NCBI GenBank assembly: GCA_963745235.1
Contig: CAVUXE010000028.1
Coordinates: 93,171-157,170, forward strand
DNA: 64,000 nucleotides
Reading direction: 5' to 3'
Source: an uncultured Spirochaetota bacterium
GTDB lineage: Bacteria > Spirochaetota > Spirochaetia > SZUA-6 > Fen-1364
Program-made: the position numbers and the translations under genes
Shown: in pieces, positions 57,682-64,000 of the stretch
Layout: every line of letters begins with the position of its first letter
How positions within the stretch are numbered: the stretch's first letter is position 1
Notes under the pieces: generated by a model
The model's input: only the letters and a program-made list of their open reading frames with translations
Databases searched by the model: none
Told to the model about the DNA's origin: nothing

Positions 57682-57954
57682 ATGAAGCGAAGGGTTTTGA
57701 GGAATCTTGTCATTGGCGCAATCATAGTGGGACTGCTTTCAGTCACCGTCTCGGTCTTCAGCCAGCAGGTGAGCGGCGAGCGCCATCCAAACCTCGCGGC
57801 GGCGCAGCAGTTCATTCAGGACGCCATAGGCAAGCTGACGGAGGCCCAGAAAGCAAATAAGTACGACATGAAAGGGCACGCCGCAAAGGCAAAGCAGCTT
57901 CTCGATGAGGCGTATCATGAAATCTGGCTGGCGGCGCAAGCGGCAAACAAGTAG
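57682..57954 (+). CDS. small exported helical protein, paralogue 1 (90 aa, Sec signal peptide)
   Basis: RBS AAGGAGGG. The signal peptide is MKRRVLRNLVIGAIIVGLLSVTVSVFS. The mature part is HPNLAAAQQFIQDAIGKLTEAQKANKYDMKGHAAKAKQLLDEAYHEIWLAAQAA. Confidence 0.75.
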   Translation: MKRRVLRNLVIGAIIVGLLSVTVSVFSQQVSGERHPNLAAAQQFIQDAIGKLTEAQKANKYDMKGHAAKAKQLLDEAYHEIWLAAQAANK

Positions 57955-57969
57955 CTGAGGCGTGGAATC

Positions 57970-58221
57970 ATGAAGCTGTCATCTTTCATCCGGCTGACTA
58001 TCAGCTGTATGCTGGCGGGCGTCCTGCTCAGCTGCGCTACTGTTGGACACCCGAATCTTGCAGATGCTGAGCGGTTTGTTCAGCAGGCAATTGACAAGGT
58101 CTCCGACGCCCAGAAGGCAAACAACTTCGACATGAGAGGCCATGCCGCCAGGGCCAGGCAACTCATGCAACAGGCTATCGAAGAGATCAGACTTGCCGGA
58201 CAAGCCGCAAGCGGCTACTAG
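57970..58221 (+). CDS. small exported helical protein, paralogue 2 (83 aa, lipobox LLSC)
   Basis: The leader is MKLSSFIRLTISCMLAGVLLSCAT. The mature part is HPNLADAERFVQQAIDKVSDAQKANNFDMRGHAARARQLMQQAIEEIRLAGQAA, about 60 percent identical to paralogue 1 by hand alignment. Confidence 0.75.
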   Translation: MKLSSFIRLTISCMLAGVLLSCATVGHPNLADAERFVQQAIDKVSDAQKANNFDMRGHAARARQLMQQAIEEIRLAGQAASGY

Positions 58222-58238
58222 TGGATTGCAGCGTTGAC

Positions 58239-58268
58239 GACCCCTGTCCTCGTTGACAGGGGTCTTTT
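58239..58268 (+). terminator. rho-independent terminator (10-bp stem GACCCCTGTC / GACAGGGGTC, loop CTCGTT, then TTTT)
   Basis: Read directly. It lies immediately after the second small-protein gene. Confidence 0.8.
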
Positions 58269-58282
58269 CGGTTCCCGTACGA

Positions 58283-59530
58283 TCAGAGTCCGTGCCTGAT
58301 GGTGTCGTACCCCATGGAGAGTCCGAAGGCAACCACGATCAGCACGAGGCTCCAGGCGATGATCCTGTGGGCACCTCTCATTCGGTACTTGTCGGGCAGC
58401 GCTCTGCGTTCAATAAGAAGGAGAAACCCCAGAACCAGGGGAAGAACAAGGGCATTCAACAACTCGATGTCCAGAGTCAGACCGGTGAGTGAAATATGAG
58501 AAAGGACGAGCCCACCGCCCACCAGGTTTGCCGCGATGAAAGCCGCGTAGAACCCTTTTGCCTCGCCAAAGCGGAGATTCAGGCTTTTCTGGACCCCGAG
58601 GGCCTCCCCTACTCCCCACGCCCCTGCAAGTGAGACAACAATCGCGGCTATCAGGCCTGCCCCTCCTATCCCAAGACCAACGAGCACCTTGGCCCCGAAC
58701 GAGCCGAGGAGCGGCTGCAAGGAATCCACTATATTACCTACTGAGTTCACCTGGAGAGTCGTCCGAGTGTGGGCGCCTGCTGATGCGGTGGCGACAATCA
58801 CCGCTATCATGATGACCTGGGTGACGACCGCGCCAAGAAGAGTGTCCATGCGAGCAACTTTCAAGTCCGCTTTTCCAAGCTTCTTGTCAATGACCGCATC
58901 CTGTTGATAGAAAACCATCCAGGGCATGATGACCGCCCCGACGTTGGCGGCGAGAAGAAAGCGATAATCCGCGCTCAACAGGGGCTGCGTTTTCATGCTC
59001 CGGACCAAAGCGCCCCAGTCGGGATGGCTCAGGAAGGCGGCGGGAATGAACAGCAGCTCGAACAAACCAACGAGGATCGCCACTCTTTCGACCCGACGAT
59101 AGCTGCCAGAGACAACCAGACCGACAAGAAAGACAATCGAAAGCGGCACGGTTATCCATCTCGGAATGCCGAAAAGCTCACCGATGCTTGCGACTCCGAC
59201 ATACTCCGTAGCGAGCGCCCCCAGCGCCGCAAGGAACAGGGTGGAGGATGAAAGATATGCCCACCCCTTGCCAAAGTGGAGTCGAACGAGCTCGGCATGA
59301 CCTTTGTGTGTGATGACACCGAGTCGCACCGTGATTTCTTGAATAATGTAGAGAAAGGGAATCAGCAGAACCTGGGGCAAGACGAGCGTGTATTGCCACA
59401 ATGCCCCGGATTGAGCGGCGGTAATGATGCTGCCGACATCGCTGTCGGCGAGCATGACAGACAGTCCCGGGCCGATGAGCAGAAGCCACGTCCCGAATGT
59501 TCTGAAACGCGTTCTTGTGATGTCACCCAT
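58283..59530 (-). CDS. NRAMP-family divalent cation transporter with non-canonical metal-site motifs
   Basis: The start MGDITRTRFRTFG lies inside ORF 58283..59575. The product has 11-12 TM segments and the NRAMP-like block LLIGPGLSVMLADSDVGSIITAAQSGA. The TM6 block reads GAVIMPWMVFYQQ. Confidence 0.75.
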   Translation of the reverse strand: MGDITRTRFRTFGTWLLLIGPGLSVMLADSDVGSIITAAQSGALWQYTLVLPQVLLIPFLYIIQEITVRLGVITHKGHAELVRLHFGKGWAYLSSSTLFLAALGALATEYVGVASIGELFGIPRWITVPLSIVFLVGLVVSGSYRRVERVAILVGLFELLFIPAAFLSHPDWGALVRSMKTQPLLSADYRFLLAANVGAVIMPWMVFYQQDAVIDKKLGKADLKVARMDTLLGAVVTQVIMIAVIVATASAGAHTRTTLQVNSVGNIVDSLQPLLGSFGAKVLVGLGIGGAGLIAAIVVSLAGAWGVGEALGVQKSLNLRFGEAKGFYAAFIAANLVGGGLVLSHISLTGLTLDIELLNALVLPLVLGFLLLIERRALPDKYRMRGAHRIIAWSLVLIVVAFGLSMGYDTIRHGL

Positions 59531-59669
59531 TTCGCGGCCACGTTGAGGATACAGCTTTTGCGGGTCAGCGCCCAAGGAATCCGCTGCTCGTGAGGACCCT
59601 GTATAAAAATATTCTTGCCCCTATCCGCGTTTCAAGCCTATCCTCTCGGAGGAAGGAGCAGAGAGTAGC

Positions 59670-59879
59670 ATGAGAATCAGCGCCCGCAACGTCCTCAAGG
59701 GAAAGGTCGTCAAGCTGACAAACGGAGCAGTCAACAGCGAGGTGACAATCGTGTTGCCCGGCGGCTTGCAGATGGTCTCGATTATCACAAGGTCTTCGGT
59801 CAAGAGCCTCGGCTTGAAGAAAGGCAAGGAGGCCTACGCGGTCGTAAAGGCGAGCAGCGTCATGATCGCAGTAGACTGA
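59670..59879 (+). CDS. molybdopterin-binding (Mop/TOBE) domain protein
   Basis: 69 aa: MRISARNVLKGKVVKLTNGAVNSEVTIVLPGG...AVVKASSVMIAVD, a typical single Mop domain. RBS GGAAGGAG. Confidence 0.85.
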   Translation: MRISARNVLKGKVVKLTNGAVNSEVTIVLPGGLQMVSIITRSSVKSLGLKKGKEAYAVVKASSVMIAVD

Positions 59880-59883
59880 TTCT

Positions 59884-59905
59884 GCGCCGGGGAAGACTCC
59901 GGCGC
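59884..59905 (+). terminator. GC-rich hairpin GCGCCGG-ggaagact-CCGGCGC after the Mop gene, with no U-tract
   Basis: Read directly. It has a 7-bp stem, so the terminator call is tentative. Confidence 0.3.
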
Positions 59906-59956
59906 TCATCCCTCGGGGAAACGCATGCCTTCAGCGCGGAAGGAGGAGTAGATTCG

Positions 59957-61485
59957 ATGTGGTCGGGAATTGCGGTCAGTTCAGAGATTGAATCAAGCGC
60001 CGGAGCCTTGCAGGCTGTCGTGAGGAAGGAAAAGCGCGACGGCGGAGTGACGGCGTACTCCGTGCATGTCTCCGGCAAGGGCCGCGTCAGAAGCGTAATC
60101 CTGAGAATCACGGGCACAGACGCGTTCGAAGAAGTCTTTCTCACTGCGCCCAACTTCAACGACGTGAGGCTCGCTCATCCTCAACAGGGATGTTATCAGG
60201 GGCTCGGATTTGAGCACAGAGATGGGTTATTCGGACCCCAGTGGATGTTCACACCTCCGCCGATGGTTTTCCCGGTACGAAAAGGAGACGCGTGGTATGG
60301 CTTCGGGCTTGGAGCGCCCCCGGGCTGAACCAGTACTCCGGGTGGTCCTACTGTCCTGGGCAAGATCAAGTGTTTTCCCTCCGAGTCAGCTATGAGGGCT
60401 ACTTCGACCCGCCGAACGCACAGATCTTCTCGGTGCTTTTCTTCGGCAAAGGGCGAAAAAAACCGTCGGAGGTCGTCATAGACTACGCGGAAGCGCTTCG
60501 GGGGCTGGGCTGGGCAGCGCGACCGGCGCGGCATCCCCCCGACTGGTGGAGTGACACCTTCCTCTTTCCATGGGGAGAACAGTGCAACCTGGCCAAGGCA
60601 AAAAGCGCCAAGCCGTATTTTACCGGAGATGCTGTCACAATGTACGAAACCCAGGCAAATCAGGAGAGGTGGTTCAGGCGCCTGAAGAATCGGGGGGTGC
60701 CTGTCGGCATCTCGTGTACCTCCGACAAGTGGCAACTCGAACGCCAGCGCCTGGTTCCTGACCCCGGGAAATACCCCGACCTGCGTGGATTTGCCGACTC
60801 TCACCATGCGGAAGGACGCCACGTGATGGCGTGGTGGGGGCTGTGGCGTCACGACGCAGCGGACTCCGAGTGGTGCCTGAGGGATGCAAGCGGCGCGGGC
60901 CTTTGCCTGGACCCGGAAAGCGAAGGCTACGCGATGCAAATCCGCAACGGCGTCGAAGAGATGATCAGCCCCCGCGGTTATGATTTCGACGGCTTCTTCA
61001 TCGATTTCACCGCCGAGCTCGTTATCCAGGAAGGTCTTCGCAAGTCCGGCTCCCGATGGGGGGTGGAGCTCCTGCACCACTACCTGTCGCTGATCCATGA
61101 CGCCGCGAAGAACGCCAAAAAGGACGCCTTGATCATGACGCACTGCGCCCATCCCTACTTCGCTGACGTAACAGACGTTTTTCGCCTCAACGATTGGTCT
61201 GTCAAAAGACCGGATCTTGTAGAGCAAGGGCGTTACCGACATTCAATTGCGTCCGCGTGCTCGGACTGGCTCATCAATACGGACAACTGGTTCATGTACG
61301 ATATCAACCAGTGGCGGGAGTACCTTCGCGTGGCACCAGAGCTCGGCATACCGGCAACGTGGTACACAACCGGTATCTGGGGGGACGGACCGAACGCCCG
61401 CTATGAAGAGCTCACGGACAGGGACTACGTCGAATGGGCATCCATCTGGTCCTGGTATCGCAAGTCGAAAGGGCTCGCGAAGTAG
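59957..61485 (+). pseudogene. hypothetical protein, possibly a glycoside-hydrolase-like TIM barrel; frame disrupted at 60317-60324
   Basis: Built from ORFs 59957..60328 and 60241..61485. The junction is ...WYGFGLGAPP / GLNQYSGWSY, in a C5G3 run where the assembly appears one base short. The family guess rests only on weak motif resemblance (TSDKWQ, FFIDF). Confidence 0.4.
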
Positions 61486-61809
61486 CCTCCTAGCGTATCC
61501 ACGAAGCGACGTTACGCCATGGGTTAGACGAAAAATAGCTTGACCTGCCCTTGCTGAAGACTTAAATTCATTTCACACAAAATGTTTACATGTCTACGGG
61601 GGGGCGAACGTAAAGTCTTCGAAAGTCTGGTCGAGCATTCACGCTTAGGGGAGGTTGCGCGTGATCTCGAGAGCTTCACAACTGCTTGCGCCCCGTCGGA
61701 TCCGGACCAACCTCTTTCTTCAAGCCGTCACAGCCGACCTCAAACCATATTTACGAACGTTCAAGCGCTGGTCGTGTTGCCATGAGCCTGGACAACTCGT
61801 TGAGATGAA

Positions 61810-64000
61810 TTGAAGGATTCGAAGCCTCTGTTCGCCCAACATATCAGCGCATATGGAATAGCCGTGGCTGCGGTGGCGGCAGCATTTGCGGTTCGACATG
61901 CTCTGTCCCTGCTCGTCGGGCATGGGCTGCCGCCCTTCATCACCTTCTATCCTGCTGTCATGCTTATCGGGCTTCTGGCGGGGATGGGGCCCGGGTTGCT
62001 TGCGAGCACCGGTGCAGCCCTGGTGACGGTCTTCTGGATCTTCCCCGCCGAGGGCCACGTCCGAAACACGCTGGCCGCTGATGCGCTGGGGTTGGCTCTC
62101 TTCTCCTCCATGGGAGTTTTCATGAGCGTCGTTGCCGAGCTCTACCGGAGAGCGAGGCAGCGGGCAGAAGACTACCGGCAAGAGATGTCCCTGCGTGAGA
62201 GCGAGGCGAGATTCTCTACCGTGTTTCAGTCCAGTCCGGTCGGCATGAGCATCACGGGCGTGGCCGATGGGCGGTACCGTGACGTCAATGAGGCTTTCGC
62301 AAGCCTGTTCGGCTACACGAGGAAAGAAGCAGTTGGCCGCACGTCGCTGGAGCTGAACCTGTGGGTTTCGACGAAGGACCGAGACAGTCTTCTCCGCGCG
62401 CTGCGAGAGCACGGCAGCGCGCGGAATTTCGAGGGGCGTTACCGCAGGAAATCCGGAGAAACTTTGACTGCCCTCGTCACGGCGGAAACAATAGAGATAC
62501 CGGTGAGCGCTGCTACTGGACGATCTTCCAGGACATCACCGAGTGGAAACGCGCGGAGGAGAAGTTCCGGCTCGTGGTGGAAACGGTCCAGACCGGGATG
62601 ATCATGGTGAATGGTGAAGGAGAGATCCTTCTTGTGAATGCGCAGGTGGAACGGCTCTTCGGTTACAGTCGTTCAGAGCTGCTTGGCCTCCCCATCGAGG
62701 TTTTTATTCCCGAGCGTTTCCGCTCGAGCCACCCCGGGCATCGAGCCGGGTTTTTCGCCCAGCCGCAGGCTCGCTCCATGGGGGCGGGCCGGGACCTGCA
62801 CGGGCTGCGCAAGGACGGGAGCGAGTTCCCCGTGGAGATCGGACTGAGTCCCTTGGAGACCGCGGAGGGCATCCGGGTGATGGCCTCCGTCATCGACATT
62901 ACAGAGCGCAAACGCGTTGAGACCGTCCTGCGGGAAAGCGAAGAGCGCTTTCGCGGGACTCTGGAGAACATGCTGGAAGGCTGCCAGATAATCGGTTTCG
63001 ACTGGCGATACATCTATATCAACCCGGCGGCGGAGGCGCACAACCGTCGACCGAAGGAGGAGCTCCTGGGGAGCCGGTACATGGACATGTGGCCCGACAT
63101 CGAGGCGACAGGGGTGTTCGCGGTCATTCGACGCTGCATGGAAGAGCGCGTTCCCCAGGCCATGGAAAACGAGTTCACCTTTCCCGATGGGACCGAGGGC
63201 TGGTTCGACCTGCGGATGTCTCCCGTGCCGGAGGGGGTCGTCATACTCTCCTATGAAATAAGCGAGCGCAAGCGGTCGGAGAAGGAGATTCGCACTCTGA
63301 ACGCTGAGCTTGAGCGTCGCGTGCAGGAACGCACGGCGGAGCTGGAAGCGGCAAACAAGGAGCTGGAGGCGTTCGCGTACGCGGTCTCGCATGACCTTCG
63401 CGCCCCGCTGCGCGCGCTCAGCGGTTTCAGCCACGCGCTCCAGGAGGATTATGCGGCGGCACTGACGGGGGAAGCCGGCGAATACCTGGACCAGATCTCC
63501 CAGGCCAGCGTGAACATGGGAGAGCTGATTGACGGAATCCTGAGGCTCTCCCGCTGCACCCGCGGCGAGATGCAGCGCCAGGACGTTGATCTTTCGGCCC
63601 TGGCAGAGGGGATCATGAAAGACCTTGCCAGGGCGGAGCCCGGACGCCGCGTGGTCTGGGCAGTCGAGCCGGGCCTGACCGCCCGCTGTGACGCCAAGTT
63701 GATGGAGGTAGCCCTGGGCAACCTTCTTGCGAACGCCTGGAAGTATACGGCGCTCACATCCCAGCCGACCATCCGGTTCAGCAGCGAAACACTCGATGGA
63801 GAAACCTGGTTCTGCGTGACTGACAACGGCGCAGGGTTCGACATGAAGCACGCCGCCAGGTTGTTCCAAGCCTTTCAGCGTCTTCATCGCCAGGATGAGT
63901 TTCCTGGAATCGGCATCGGGCTCGCAACGGTTCAGCGCATCATCCGTCGGCATGGAGGCGCCATCCGCGCCGCAGCCGAGCCGGGAAAAGGGGCCGCCTT
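61810..64000 (+). pseudogene. multi-PAS sensor histidine kinase with N-terminal DUF4118-like membrane domain; frame disrupted near 62500; 3' end beyond the window
   Basis: Built from ORF 61810..62601 plus my hand translation from about 62503 to 64000, which stays open. The junction is ...TAETIEIP / [22 protein letters not shown]. Three PAS modules are followed by the H-box [13 protein letters not shown] and the HATPase blocks [17 protein letters not shown] and GIGIGLA. Confidence 0.8.

Noticed and set aside
59531-59669. A possible manganese (yybP-ykoY type) riboswitch or other leader upstream of the NRAMP gene.
   Set aside because: I could not find the conserved riboswitch core or a convincing terminator/anti-terminator pair in the 140-nt region. 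Only a weak TTGAAA-type promoter candidate is present.
61486-61809. A 324-nt intergenic region with an 8-nt inverted repeat (GAAGACTT ... AAGTCTTC) and a 67-codon ORF (61582..61785). I considered a small RNA, tRNA or mobile-element scar.
   Set aside because: There are no tRNA T-loop or acceptor features. The repeat arms are short and about 50 nt apart. The ORF has no RBS or recognisable family. The evidence is insufficient to call a feature.
1-64000. A window-wide look for rRNA, tRNA, CRISPR, integrase or transposase genes and recognisable defence-system genes.
   Set aside because: None were found by eye. All long ORFs with motifs are metabolic, transport, regulatory or envelope proteins.

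Overview
This is a GC-rich bacterial chromosomal segment. The outer-membrane-type genes suggest a diderm, sugar-utilising organism. I found no rRNA, tRNA, CRISPR array, transposase or integrase. Sugar uptake and catabolism dominate the window. There are five ABC importers: a CUT2-type system at 1-3.7 kb, a xylFGH-like system at 50.2-54.2 kb, and three CUT1-type systems (binding protein plus two permeases, no ATPase gene) at 9.4-12.6, 20.5-23.6 and 27.5-30.6 kb. Associated enzymes include a GH2 beta-galactosidase, a clan GH-A-like hydrolase, a TIM-barrel isomerase, a D-lyxose-isomerase-type cupin, two deacetylases, a DegT-type aminotransferase and an aldehyde dehydrogenase. Regulators include GntR, ROK, TetR, PadR, a LuxR-type two-component pair, an NtrC-type pair and a multi-PAS kinase. 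Envelope genes include a TetR-MMPL-LolA-like-barrel export module, a BspA-like LRR lipoprotein with three 315-bp tandem repeats, an exported protein with about 17 ankyrin repeats, and a lipoprotein with a degenerate DNase-I-like domain. The most unusual element is at 54.2-58.3 kb. A cytosolic histidine kinase there has an ABC-transporter nucleotide-binding domain as its N-terminus. It is translationally coupled to a sigma-54 activator, and it faces a near-consensus sigma-54 promoter in front of xylFGH. Two paralogous small exported proteins follow it. A second window-wide signal is about 14 single-nucleotide frame disruptions in 12 otherwise intact genes. Five of them sit in the same coding-strand context, CGGGCA. 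That points to a systematic sequence artefact or a motif-specific process rather than random gene decay. All functional calls come from reading motifs and recalling family features by eye. No searches were run.
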